Shown in pieces: positions 14,540 through 25,395 of a stretch of DNA of 64,000 nt. The first letter of the stretch is position 1; each line of letters starts with the position of its first letter. The notes under the pieces were generated by a model, which was not told the origin of the DNA, did not search any database, and saw nothing but the letters and a program-made list of their open reading frames with translations. Both the position numbers and the translations under genes were made by a program. The stretch comes from Hypanus sabinus (lineage: Eukaryota), in the NCBI RefSeq assembly GCF_030144855.1, contig NC_082731.1:29326001-29390000 (forward strand), in the 5' to 3' direction.

Positions 14540-15290
14540 AAATACACTCTCAGACTGTGTCTCTATGGAGAATATTTGCCCACTGACTGGTGTCTCTCAG
14601 ACTGCGTCTCTATGGAGAATATCTGTCCACTGACTGGTGTCTCTCAGTCCCTGTCTCTCAGGTGGATATCTATCCACTGACTGGTCTCTCAGTCACTGTC
14701 TCCCAGGGGAATATCTGTCCACTGACTGGTGTCCCTCAGTCCCTGTCTCTCAGGGGTATATCTGTCCACTGACTGGTGTCTCTCAGCCACTGTCTCTCAG
14801 GGGCTATCCACTGAATGGTCTCTCAGTCACCGTCTCCTGGGAGATATCTGTCCAGTGACTGGTGTCTCCCGGGGGATATCTATCCACTGACTGGTGTCTC
14901 AGTCTGTGTCTCTCAGAGGGATATCTGTCCACTGCCTGGTGTCTCTCAGAGGGATATCTGTCCACTGACTGGTGTCTCTCAGGGGGATATCTGTACACTG
15001 ACTGGTGTCTCTCAGTCTGTGTCTCTCAGAGGGATATCTGTCCACTGACTGGTGTCTCTCACTCACTGTCTCTCAGGGGATTATCTGTCCACTGACTGGT
15101 GCCTCTCAGTCCCTGTCTCTCAGAGGGATAACTGTCCACTGACTGGTGTCTCTCAGTCTGTGTCTCTCGGAGGGATATCTGTCCACTGACTGGTGTCTCT
15201 CAGGGGATTATCTGTCCACTGACTGGTGTCTCTCAGTCCCTGTCTCTCAGGGGGATATCTGTCCACTGACTGGTGTCTCTGATTCTCTCT
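14540..15290. repeat. Minisatellite, ~17 copies of GGGATATCTGTCCACTGACTGGTGTCTCTCA with an optional ~14-bp GTCCCTGTCTCTCA extension
   Basis: CCACTGACTGG core counted 17 times (some with one mismatch) at ~33 or ~44-48 bp spacing; explains the repetitive ORFs in the track. Confidence 0.9.
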
Positions 15291-15540
15291 CGCTGGGATT
15301 GTGTGTGTTTCAGTTTACACAAACTGTTTATCGCTGAAATTGATGAATCGAGCAGAGTGTGACAGATATTTAATCCGGATCTGGTCACTGCCGCTGACCT
15401 GCCGCCTGTTGCAGAGACAAACACCTTTTGGGGAATTGAAATCGTTGCTGTGGGCGGGGACAGGAAGCTGCGCCTCTGGTTTCAGTGTGTGAGAGCCTGT
15501 TCAAACCGCGGCTCCCTCTCTCACCCACAGCCCACGTCCC

Positions 15541-15548
15541 TATTTAAA
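15541..15548 (+). promoter_or_regulatory. TATA-like box of the VH promoter
   Basis: TATTTAAA about 90 bp upstream of the leader ATG in GC-rich context; no ATGCAAAT octamer seen at 15300-15636, consistent with elasmobranch IgH promoters. Confidence 0.6.
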
Positions 15549-15636
15549 CAGCGCTCACTGCGGCTCCGGACAAAGCCGGCCTGAGCTGAAGCCGCCGATC
15601 TCAACAGTGTCCAAGTCCGGCTCAGTGTTCAGGGCG

Positions 15637-15682
15637 ATGGGGGTCGTTCCTTATCTCTGTCTCCTCCTGTCTTGTCTGGCAG
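15637..15682 (+). CDS. IgW: IgW VH leader exon ([16 protein letters not shown])
   Basis: ATG 15637, hydrophobic signal peptide, phase-1 donor G|GTGGGT at 15683; resembles IgW-type leaders. Confidence 0.92.
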
Positions 15683-15791
15683 GTGGGTGTCCCGCGGCTT
15701 GTCGCCCACCCGCGACCGGCTGTTTCTCCGAGGCTTTGTGAGTCACTGCCCGTGGAACATTTTATTAATTTCTGCTCTTTTTTATTGACAG

Positions 15792-16098
15792 GCGTGCGGT
15801 CCGAGATCGTACTGAGACAGCCAAGGTCAGCGGTGGTAAAGCCCGGACAGTCCCACACACTGACCTGTGAGGTCAGAGGGTTCAGCCTCAGCAGCTATAG
15901 CATGCACTGGGTGAAACAGGTCCCCGGGAAAGGGCTGGAGTGGCTGGCGTATATATCGAGTGGTGGTAACAAGTATTACGCGCCTGGAGTCCAGAGCCGG
16001 TTCACCATTTCCAGGGGCGGCAGCACCGTCAATCTGCAAATGACCAGCCTGAGACTGGACGACACGGCCACCTATTACTGTGCGAGAGATCTGGGTGG
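15792..16098 (+). CDS. IgW: IgW VH exon ([11 protein letters not shown]...[10 protein letters not shown])
   Basis: Acceptor TTTATTGACAG|GC; open frame with canonical Cys, [12 protein letters not shown] and [10 protein letters not shown]; short FR3 typical of IgW V. Confidence 0.96.
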
Positions 16099-16137
16099 CA
16101 CAGTGTGAGAGATGGCGGCTCCCTCCATACACAAACC
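16099..16137 (+). promoter_or_regulatory. Recombination signal sequence, 23-bp spacer (3' of V)
   Basis: Heptamer CACAGTG 16099-16105, 23-nt spacer, nonamer ACACAAACC 16129-16137 (8/9 consensus). Confidence 0.95.
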
Positions 16138-16341
16138 TACCGCAACACAACTCTTTAAATGGCGCTCTTCGGGCGCCTCCACCGGCCTTTACCCCGGGAC
16201 CCGTGAATATCAATCAGATCCAGAGTGGATAATCTGGGAGTGGGAACAAGTTCCACTGGAGAAGTGTCTGGAAGGGAACGGGACCACCTACTGTGGTTTG
16301 ACTGAGGAGTTACTGTACTGGGAGACAGTGAGAGGGGCGGA

Positions 16342-16369
16342 GGTTATCGTACGGCGGTGTATCACTGTG
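16342..16369 (-). promoter_or_regulatory. Recombination signal sequence, 12-bp spacer (5' of the (D)J segment)
   Basis: Nonamer GGTTATCGT 16342-16350 (7/9), 12-nt spacer, heptamer CACTGTG 16363-16369; no nonamer at 22/23-nt spacing. Confidence 0.85.
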
Positions 16370-16433
16370 ACTATACCTGGGTATGGCTATCTTGACTACT
16401 GGGGCGGAGGAACCTCGCTGACAGTGACTTCAG
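16370..16433 (+). CDS. IgW: JH segment, probably pre-fused D-JH (TIPGYGYLDYWGGGTSLTVTS)
   Basis: WGxG motif and phase-1 donor TCAG|GTAAGA at 16434; 64 nt long with a D-like 5' extension. Confidence 0.92.
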
Positions 16434-18384
16434 GTAAGACCAACTTCTCAATTGTATCTTCACGCAGTAGTATTTTATTTATTTACGGTTTTGGCGAATT
16501 CGGTGATTCACCTGAAATCAGTGAGATATTTAGAGCGAGTACATGAATCTCCCCGAACCGGCGGGTTTCTCCAGAGCCCAGTAACAGTACAAGGGTACAT
16601 ACCCCACCCCACCAGTGAACAGTCCACAGACCGGGAACAGGCTCAGGGGAATGGGGTCGGATCTTGTCACCAGACTGTGCCTTGACACCGGCCGGTTGTG
16701 CTGAGTGAGCTCAGTGTTTGGTTCGTCTGGCTTCTGATTCTCAGCACCAACTGAAGCCACGTTCAGGGGCTAAGCGTTTCAGTGCAGTTGAACTCGTTCC
16801 CTGTCAGTGACAACAATGGATCTGTTCCGTGTCAAGTTATTGGCATCGGGTTTTACTGTCGGCTGCTTTCATGTTGAAGGTAATGGGATTGAGACATAAT
16901 CTGAGGGAATGGTTACACACGAATGATCTGGTTGATGGCTCAATATCCCCAGGGTACAGGTGGGTGTCAGTCCCATCATGTAATGTCCGGCCTGAGGTCC
17001 GTCCCGGGATACAGCAAAAGTATCGGCGATATCCCAGGATTAATTGATGGGATTAAGGTTTTAGTTTTATTCCCTGATGGGTGAGGAGGCTGGGTATGGT
17101 GGGGAAGAATTTTGGAGTGAGAAGGCAGTGGGGAAGTGGTGCAGGAAAGGTAAGGCAGGGAATTGAAATCACAATTCCTTCACACATTCCGGGCAGCCTT
17201 GCATTGGTGGGCGGGGGAGGGGGGAGTGGTGCAGGTGGGGTGGGGAGGGAAGCGTTCAAGTCAAAAATGTGTAGCAGGCGAGCATTTAAGGGAAGGTTTG
17301 TTGATGAACGTTTGTGATCTGGAACACACCGCCTGAATGATGGTGGTGGCCAACAGTGAGTGTATAGAGGGAACAGGATGAGATCCGCCTTTTGTAGGGA
17401 TACAAGGAAGAGCAGAGAGACCAATGGGTTTATTGGGTTTGCTCAGCTAAAGGGAAGCACGACACTATCGGATGAATGGCCTCACTCTCTGCTCTGTCAT
17501 TCAATGGAATCAGCATTTATCTTGTAAATCTGGGAAATTCTTCCACAAAGGGATTCCAACAACCACCCCAGAGTACACAGAGCATAGGTTAAATGCAGAT
17601 TACAGCTCCCATGTCCTGTTCTGGCAGCCACGGATTAAATAGAAAGATCCTTCTGCACTGTCCCATCCCTCCCAGGGCGGAGGCAGCAGAGGTTAGACAC
17701 AGAGTGAAGCTTCCCCCAACCTGTCCCATCACACGCTCACGGGACGCGAGTTGAACTTCACTGTTCAAATGGACGGCTTATTCTCAGTTTCCAGACAGAG
17801 CAACTGCTCTAATTTCTCGCCCTCCTCCATCCCTCGACTAGGTTTGTTTTACAAGTGTTTTCCTACATTAACCAGTGCTGCTGGTGATTCAGTAAAAGTG
17901 GTTGCGAGATAAAGTGCTGACATTTACAGACACCTTTCATGGTGTCCCCGAGCTCTTCACAGGCAATGAAGTAGTTTCAAAGTACAGCCCTGTTGTAGAG
18001 TCGGGAATGCGGACCTACTCTGCACACAGCAGAATCCACAAACTGCAAGGTGAGAACGATCAGACAGTCTGTTCTGGAGACGTTATTGAAGGAGAAATAT
18101 TGTCCAGGACACCGTGGACACAGTGATCCAATGGACAGGCACAAAGTTGGATTCGGAGTGATGGGAAACAGGGCAGTACATCAAAGCAGATGAGTAGTGC
18201 AGAGGGATGGATGAACAGTCCACGGATCCCACCACAACAAAACTGGCAAATTTAAACTCAGTTCATCATATTCTGCAACAGATTTGGATCTGTGGTCAGA
18301 TTTCCAACATCTTAATAATTGGTATTGTTTTTAAATCTAGTCATTAGTAATGATGACCCTTCAGTTTTACTGATGTCCCTCAGG

Positions 18385-18985
18385 GAAGGAGATGTCTCAT
18401 CCTTACCATCCTTACCCTTTGCAGCTATATAGGACCCTGGTCAGACCCCACTTGAAGCACTGTGCTCAGTTCTGGTCACCTCACTACAGAAAGGATGTGG
18501 AAGCCATAGAAAGGGTGCAGAGAAGATTTACAAGGATGGTTCCTGGATTGGGAGCATGCCTTATGAGAACAGGTTGAGTGAACTTGGCCTTTTCTCCTCT
18601 GAGCGATGGAGGATGATAGAGGTGAAAAAGATGATGAGAGGCATTGATCGTGTGGATAGTCAGAGGCTTTTTCCCAGGGCTGAAACGGTTGCAACAAGAG
18701 GACACAGGTTTAAGCTGCTGGGGAGTAGGTACAGAAGAGATGCCAGGGGTAAGTTTTTTACTCAGGACTGGTGAGTGTGTGGAATGGGCTGCCGGCAATG
18801 GTGGTGGAGGCGGATACAATAGGGTCTTTTAAGAGACCTTTGGATAGGTCCATGGAGCTCAGAAAAATAGAGGGCCATGAGTAAGCCTAGTTCTTAATTT
18901 CTAAGGTAGGGACATGTTCGGCACAACTTTGTGAGCCACAGGGCCTGTATTGTGCTGTAGGTTTTCTAAGTTCCATTGTCTATGT
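18385..18985 (+). mobile_element. CR1 LINE 3' fragment
   Basis: LYRTLVRPHLKHCAQFWSPHYRKDVEAIERVQRRFTRM and RGHRFKL motifs followed by the CR1 3' UTR. Confidence 0.85.
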
Positions 18986-19535
18986 GTTCTATGAGCCTAT
19001 TTATGACCTATCAATGTGTTTGTCTCCAAAAGCCCTCTCAATGACAGCTCAGATGTGTAATTCATTCAGACTTTACCGGCAAAGCCCAGATTCCAAAAAA
19101 CAAATGAATAAATAAAATTGCCCATCTGTTGTTCATATTCCCCGATGTTCTTTCTTTCTTGCTTTTTCAATTTTTTAATTGATTTTCATATATACATATA
19201 AAAAAACATAACATAATAATGAGTAAATTATGAATACAATAGACTTGAAGTCACGTTGATAATAAGATAACAATATCCTATTAAACATCAGCAGAAAAAA
19301 AATACCTTAATCAATCAAGTCCATATGATTATATATGAAAAAAAACAAAAATAACCATTAAAAGAAGAAAAAATTTGAAAATATGTGAAAAAAGTATATA
19401 TTAAGAAAAATAAAGCACTAAACTAAACTAACATGGGCAATAATAATAGTTTACAAGTATATGATAGTGTCAAAGAACTCCGGAACTCCATACCTGAACA
19501 TGAATAAGCAGAAAGAAGGTCTGGAAAAGGCCAAA

Positions 19536-22500
19536 TTAATTCATATGAAAATGTCGAATAAACGGTCTCCAAGTTTCTTCAAATTTAATTGATGAGTCAA
19601 AAATAGTGCTTCTAATTTTTTCCAGGCTCAGATAAGAAATAGATAAGAAATACCACTGAAACGTGGTAGGAGGATTTACTTCTTTCCAATTTTGTAATAT
19701 AGACCTTCTGGCCATTAATGTTACAAAAGCAATCATTCGTCTGATTAAAGGGGAAAACTGATTACCATCTTCATTTGGTATGCCAAAAATTGCAGTAATA
19801 AAATGAGGTTGTAAATCTATATTCCAAATTGAGGAAATAGTAGTAAATATGTCCTTCCAGTAATTATGTAAAGTGGGACATGACCAAAACATATGGGTCA
19901 ATGAGGCCACTTCTGAATGACATCTGTCACATTGAGGGTTAATATGAGAATAGAATCGAGCAAGTTTATCTTTAGACATATGAGCTCTATGTACAATTTT
20001 AAATTGTATTAAAGCACGTTTAGCACATATAGAAGAAGAATTAACCATTTGCAAAATTTTTTCCCATTTATCTGTTGATATATTATATCGAAGTTCTTTT
20101 TCCCATTCTTGTTTAATTCTAACTGATATTTCTGGTTGTATCTTCATAATCATATTATAAATAAAAGCTACTAATCCCTTCTGACAAGGGTTTAAGGTAA
20201 AAATCAAATCTGTAAAGTCCACCAAAATTGAATTAGGAAAAGATGGTAAAACTTTATGTGAGAAATTTCTAATTTGTAAATATCTGAAAAAATTAGATTT
20301 AGGTAATTCAAATTTGTTGGAAAGTTGGTCAAATGACATCAAAGTATCTTCAAAAAAGAGATCACGAAAACATTTTATACCTTTCCTTTTCCATATGTTA
20401 AAAGCTTGATCTGTCCAAGAGGATTTGAAAAAGAAATTAAGTAAGATAGGGCTATCAAGAACAAAGTTTTTCAAAGTAAAAAACTTACGAAATTGAAACC
20501 AAATTCGTAATGTATGTTTAATAACAGGATTAGATATTTGTTTATTAAATTTAACTAAATCAGCAGGAAGACAAGAACCAAGAACAGAGAATAGAGAATA
20601 TCCCTTTACCTCATTACATTCCAAATTTACCCACTGTGGGCACAATGGTGAATCCAAATCTAGTTTCCAATACATTAAATTACGAATATTATTTGCCCAA
20701 TAATAAAATCTAAAGTTAGGTAAAGCTAAACCACCATCTTTTTTAGATTTTTGTAATTGCTTTTTACTTAACCTAGGGTTTTTATTTTGCCACACAAATG
20801 AGGACATTTTTGAATCAATGTTATCAAAAAAAGATTTAGAAATAAAAACTGGTAAGGCTTGAAATAAGTACAAGAATTTCGGTAAAATCATCATTTTAAT
20901 AGCATTAATCCGACCAATTAATGATAAAAACAAAGGAGACCATCTTGTAGTAAGTTGATGAATTTGATGAAGCATAGGTAAAAAATTCAGTCTAAATAAA
21001 TCTTTATATTTCTTGGTAATTTTTATACCTAAATAGGTAAAGTTATCAGTAACAACTTTAAATGGTATCCTATCACTCAATAAAGTTTGTACATTTAAAG
21101 GAAATAATTCACTCTTATCTAAATTTAGTTTATAACCAGAAAAAGTACCAAATTGAACCAACAAGGATAAAATAGCAGGAATAGACCTATCAGGGTCAGA
21201 AATATATAACAGCAAATCATCAGCATAAAGTGATAATTTGTATAACTTCTCATTACGGGTAATACCAAAAATATTAGGAGATTCACGAATAGCAATAGCT
21301 AAAGGTTCTAATGCAATATTAAATAATAAAGGACTTAAGGGACAGCCTTGTCTCGTACCACGAGATAATTGAAAAAAAGAGGATCTATAGTTATTTGTAA
21401 GAACAGAAGCAACAGGTTTATGATATATTAATTTAATCCATGATATAAAGTTAGGACTAAAATTAAAATTTCTCAATGTATTAAATAAATATATCCATTC
21501 AACTCTATCAAAAGCTTTTTCAGCATCTAATGAAATAACACATTCTGGGATTGTGGGTGGTGAAGTATGAATTATATTAATCAATTTTCTAACATTAAAA
21601 AAGGAATACCGATTCCTCATAAAACCAGTTTGATCTTCTGAAATAATCTGTGATAGTACTTTTTCTAATCTAATGGCTAAAATTTTTGTAAGAATCTTAG
21701 AATCTACATTTAATAGTGATATAGGGCGATAAGATGTACATAAAGTAGGATCTTTATCTTTTTTAAGAATTAGAGAGATATTTGCTTCATAAAAAGATTG
21801 AGGTAATCTCTTCTTAGCAAACGCATCATTAAAAATTTCACATAACCAAAGAGAGAGCAAAGAAGAAAAAGTTTTAAAAAATTCTACTATATAACCATCA
21901 GGACCAGGAGCTTTCCCTGAATTCATTGATGAGATAGCCTCTCCTATTTCCACCATAGAGATAGGAGCATCTAACAGGCTATGGTCTTCATCAATCAGTT
22001 TAGGAATATTCAAATTGTTAAAAAAATTATCTATCATGGACTGGTCACCATCAAATTCTGATTGATATAGAGATTTATAAAAATCTTGAAAGGTATTATT
22101 AATTTCTTTATGATCAGTAGTTAAATTACCGTCTTGTTTGCGAATTTTAATAATTTGTCGCTTAGTCGAAATAGCTTTTAATTGATTAGCTAACAGTTTG
22201 CCAGTTCGATCACTGTGAATATAGAATTGAGCCCTGGTCCTAATTAATTGATTTTCAATTGAAGAAGATAATAGTAAACTATGTTCCATTTGAAGCTCAA
22301 CTCTCTTCTTATAAAGTTCTTTGGTAGGAGTCACGGAATAAATCTTATCAATTTCCTTGATTTTATCCACTAATAAAGCAATATCTAAATATCTTTGTTT
22401 TCTTTTACCAACAGAATATGAGATAATTTGTCCACGGATAAAAGCCTTAAAAGAGTCCCAAAGTATTCCTCTGTCGATTTCTTCAGTGCAGTTTGTTGAG

Positions 22501-23345
22501 AAAAACAAGTCAATTTGCTGTTTTATGTAGGTGATAAATTCTGGGTCTTGAAGCAAAGTAGCGTTAAGCCTCCAAGATCTGATATTATTGGAATAGTCCG
22601 AAATCTTAATAGATAACTTCAAAGGTGCATGATCCGAAATAGTAATAGAATCATATTTACAATCAATAACATCCGTTAATAACCGATGATCAATAAGAAA
22701 ATAGTCAATTCTAGAACAGCTATGATATACATGTGAAAAAAATGAAAATTCTTTATCTTTAGGGTTCAAAAACCGCCATATTTCTGTAATTCCCGAATCA
22801 ACCATAAACAAATTAATAAGTAGGGCTGATCTGTTCGGAAGAGTACGAATAGGTTTAGATCTATCCGTCGAAGGATTCAAACAACAATTAAAATCTCCAC
22901 CCATTATCAACATATATTCATTTAGATTAGGAAGGGAAGTAAATAAACGTTTAAAAAATTCAGGGCAGTCAAAGTTTGGAGCATAAATATTAACTAGAAC
23001 AACTTTCCGATTAAAAAGTAAGCCAGTTATCAACAAAAATCTACCCTGTGGGTCAGAAATAATTTCATGATGTGTAAACGATATTGAGGGGTCTATAAAA
23101 ATAGACACATTCCTAATTTTAGCGGTACAATTCGAGTGAAATTGTTGACCCTTCCAGAACCTAAAAAAACGTTGATTATCCTCCCTCCTGATATGGGTCT
23201 CCTGTGCAAAGATAATATTAGCATTCAGTCTATGGAATACTTTAAATATTTTTTTACGTTTAATCGGATGATTTAAACCATTAGTATTCCAGGAGATAAA
23301 GTTAACAGATTTATCCATCATACTAATATTAGTTGTGTGTATCAT
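19536..23345 (-). CDS. L1 ORF2 (APE endonuclease + reverse transcriptase + CCHC), 1269 aa, uninterrupted
   Basis: SWNTNGLN, QETH, GGDFN, SRIDY, SDHAP; KAPGPDG, YRPISLLN, DAEKAFD, QGCPLSP, YADD; CDRC-x7-H-x4-C. Confidence 0.96.
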   Translation of the reverse strand: MIHTTNISMMDKSVNFISWNTNGLNHPIKRKKIFKVFHRLNANIIFAQETHIRREDNQRFFRFWKGQQFHSNCTAKIRNVSIFIDPSISFTHHEIISDPQGRFLLITGLLFNRKVVLVNIYAPNFDCPEFFKRLFTSLPNLNEYMLIMGGDFNCCLNPSTDRSKPIRTLPNRSALLINLFMVDSGITEIWRFLNPKDKEFSFFSHVYHSCSRIDYFLIDHRLLTDVIDCKYDSITISDHAPLKLSIKISDYSNNIRSWRLNATLLQDPEFITYIKQQIDLFFSTNCTEEIDRGILWDSFKAFIRGQIISYSVGKRKQRYLDIALLVDKIKEIDKIYSVTPTKELYKKRVELQMEHSLLLSSSIENQLIRTRAQFYIHSDRTGKLLANQLKAISTKRQIIKIRKQDGNLTTDHKEINNTFQDFYKSLYQSEFDGDQSMIDNFFNNLNIPKLIDEDHSLLDAPISMVEIGEAISSMNSGKAPGPDGYIVEFFKTFSSLLSLWLCEIFNDAFAKKRLPQSFYEANISLILKKDKDPTLCTSYRPISLLNVDSKILTKILAIRLEKVLSQIISEDQTGFMRNRYSFFNVRKLINIIHTSPPTIPECVISLDAEKAFDRVEWIYLFNTLRNFNFSPNFISWIKLIYHKPVASVLTNNYRSSFFQLSRGTRQGCPLSPLLFNIALEPLAIAIRESPNIFGITRNEKLYKLSLYADDLLLYISDPDRSIPAILSLLVQFGTFSGYKLNLDKSELFPLNVQTLLSDRIPFKVVTDNFTYLGIKITKKYKDLFRLNFLPMLHQIHQLTTRWSPLFLSLIGRINAIKMMILPKFLYLFQALPVFISKSFFDNIDSKMSSFVWQNKNPRLSKKQLQKSKKDGGLALPNFRFYYWANNIRNLMYWKLDLDSPLCPQWVNLECNEVKGYSLFSVLGSCLPADLVKFNKQISNPVIKHTLRIWFQFRKFFTLKNFVLDSPILLNFFFKSSWTDQAFNIWKRKGIKCFRDLFFEDTLMSFDQLSNKFELPKSNFFRYLQIRNFSHKVLPSFPNSILVDFTDLIFTLNPCQKGLVAFIYNMIMKIQPEISVRIKQEWEKELRYNISTDKWEKILQMVNSSSICAKRALIQFKIVHRAHMSKDKLARFYSHINPQCDRCHSEVASLTHMFWSCPTLHNYWKDIFTTISSIWNIDLQPHFITAIFGIPNEDGNQFSPLIRRMIAFVTLMARRSILQNWKEVNPPTTFQWYFLSISYLSLEKIRSTIFDSSIKFEETWRPFIRHFHMN

Positions 23346-24261
23346 AAAAGGTTAAAAAGACACATAACCCACAATTCAGGAAGGAGGAAAATTGATTCAG
23401 GAGCAACCGGAGAACATGACACCTCAACAATATTAATAATTTAAAGTCGGCCCATAAACTAAAAGCAAAAAAATAAAGAGCAAAAGCATGAAAAAAGATC
23501 CCTCCCCCCTCCCCCCAGCCTTCGAAAAAAAGCCAAGCGGCAAGCGCATAATCTAATACTAACATTACCCCCATTTCAAGATGGCAGCTCTATAAAAAGA
23601 TTAAAAGAAAACTATATAACACCCAGATTAAAATATAGAGTTGCAAAAAGAAAATATATATCAATCAGAATAAAAGAAAACTAATATAATAAAACAAACA
23701 ATCATTAATAAAAAAAGTATAAACATCAAAATTTAAAAGTGTAATATACCTTTAAAAAAAAAATCCCGTGTACAAATACAAGATGACTTTTCAAAAACAA
23801 AGACTTATGGGAAGAAGAAACGCCATTTTGAAAAAGCCATATTACTAAATACAAATGTGAGTTCAGCAATCTATTAAAAGACAAAATAAGATTTTAAAAA
23901 AAAGGGATATAATAAACAGTACAATATATATAAAAAAAAAGACCAAAAATCCAAAACATTCGTCCCATTTCTGAGTACAGGCAAACAAATAAATGCTTAC
24001 AAAAAACAGAATCTTACGGGAAAAAGAAAAGACATCTTAAAAAAAAAGTAAATCATTATTGCAAAATATATACGTATATAACCAAAACAGAAAGAAAAAA
24101 AAGATATTATAAAAATTAAAAAGAACGTCTATAAACAATGATGATAGTAAAAAAAACCAGACCCATAGATCAAAATAAGAAGTTATAACCCAGCTTCATA
24201 GGTTAAAACTTAAAATAGAAAGATATCCTCTCTCCGAAAAATCTTCCACATAACACATAGT

Positions 24262-25120
24262 TCAAGTTGCAGTAGAAGATCGAAATTCTTCAACAAATTT
24301 CTTCGCTTCTTCCGGAGTGTTAAAAATTTGCTGACTGTTGTCGTTGGGCGTAATTCTAAGCTTCACTGGATACATTAAAACTTGTTTAAGTCCAATCGAA
24401 TAAATCTCTGCCATCACTGGTTTAAAAGCAATTCTGGCTCTCATAACCTCATAAGAATAATCCTCAACAATTCGAAATTTGAAGTTATTGTAAGAAATCA
24501 TACCTTCTTTACGAGCTAATCAAATTAAAAGCTCTTTCTCACGAGGATAATGAAGGCGAACAATCACCGCTCGTGGTTTATCAGTCATAGACGAAATCCT
24601 CGCAACTCTGTGAGCACGGTCAATAACAGGTTTAGTTTGCAAACCTTCATCACCGAAAATTTCCCACAGTAATTTAGAGAAAAATTCAGTTAAATCACCG
24701 GACTCAACTCTTTCGGAAAACCCGATAATTCGCAAATTCTGTCTGCGAGATCGATTTTCGAGATCAGTAATTTTAAACTTATGCTGATAGATCAGCTTTA
24801 AGAGTCGATTGTACCTTCTTATCCAAAGCCTCAAGTGTACATGCTTTTTCAACAATTAATTTTTCAAGAGTCTCCAACTTATCTTCATGCCGCTGAATAT
24901 CCGTTGCCTGCGACTGAAGCTTAGTATCAAGCGATCTAACAGCTCCTTCAAGTTCAGACATTTTCGTGGTGAGCTTGTTTTCCAAACTTGCAATTTTACT
25001 TTCCAAACTTGCCATTTTACTTTCCATCTTGCTTTCCAAACTTGTAAGTTTAGTGTCCAGAAGATTAGAAATTGCATCGATAGATAAAGGCTCCTTAGAC
25101 GATTTCTTACTTGTAGCCAT
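24262..25120 (-). pseudogene. L1 ORF1 remnant (one frameshift near 24790, one nonsense codon at 24520-24522)
   Basis: Coiled coil (SLESKMESKMASLESKIASLE), then DLENRSRRQNLRIIG, IDRAHRV and FRIVEDYS spread over three ORF-track pieces. Confidence 0.88.
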
Positions 25121-25395
25121 TTTAAGTTCGGCCAAGTTAGATCAAATATAGTTTTAGGGAAAAAAAAGTCAATCGAAAATATCAACTCATTTGATTAAAT
25201 TCGAAAAGATTTGATTAAAGGGTGATTATAGTTAGAAAAGTGAAGAGCGCCTAAAAGGCAGATGTTTACGTCGCCATCTTGAAACTCCACCCCCCCCCGA
25301 TGTTCTATCCACTTACTACAATACAGACTGAAATCAGACTGAATCTCCACCGATCTGCTGATTCACCATCGATCGTTTTGTCCAAATACGCAGCT

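Larger units (their letters stand above)
19152..25294 (-). mobile_element. Full-length L1-clade LINE (~6.1 kb) in the J-C intron, antisense to IgW
   Basis: Identical 12-bp target-site duplication CCCCGATGTTCT at 19140-19151 and 25295-25306; A-rich 3' tail; ORF1 remnant, ~0.9-kb AT-rich spacer, intact ORF2. Confidence 0.95.

Noticed and set aside
14540-15290. Repeat arrays here and at 25396-25869 as CRISPR arrays
   Set aside because: Tandem units without unique spacers, no cas genes, vertebrate context
16440-17900. Intronic IgH enhancer downstream of J
   Set aside because: Plausible by position, but no clustered octamer/E-box/Ets pattern that I can support by eye
17902-18126. ORF with a faint Ig C-strand look (SKYSPVVESGMRTYSAHSRI) and a CACAGTG at 18119
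   Set aside because: No canonical Cys/Trp spacing, no convincing acceptor, and no nonamer at 12 or 23 nt
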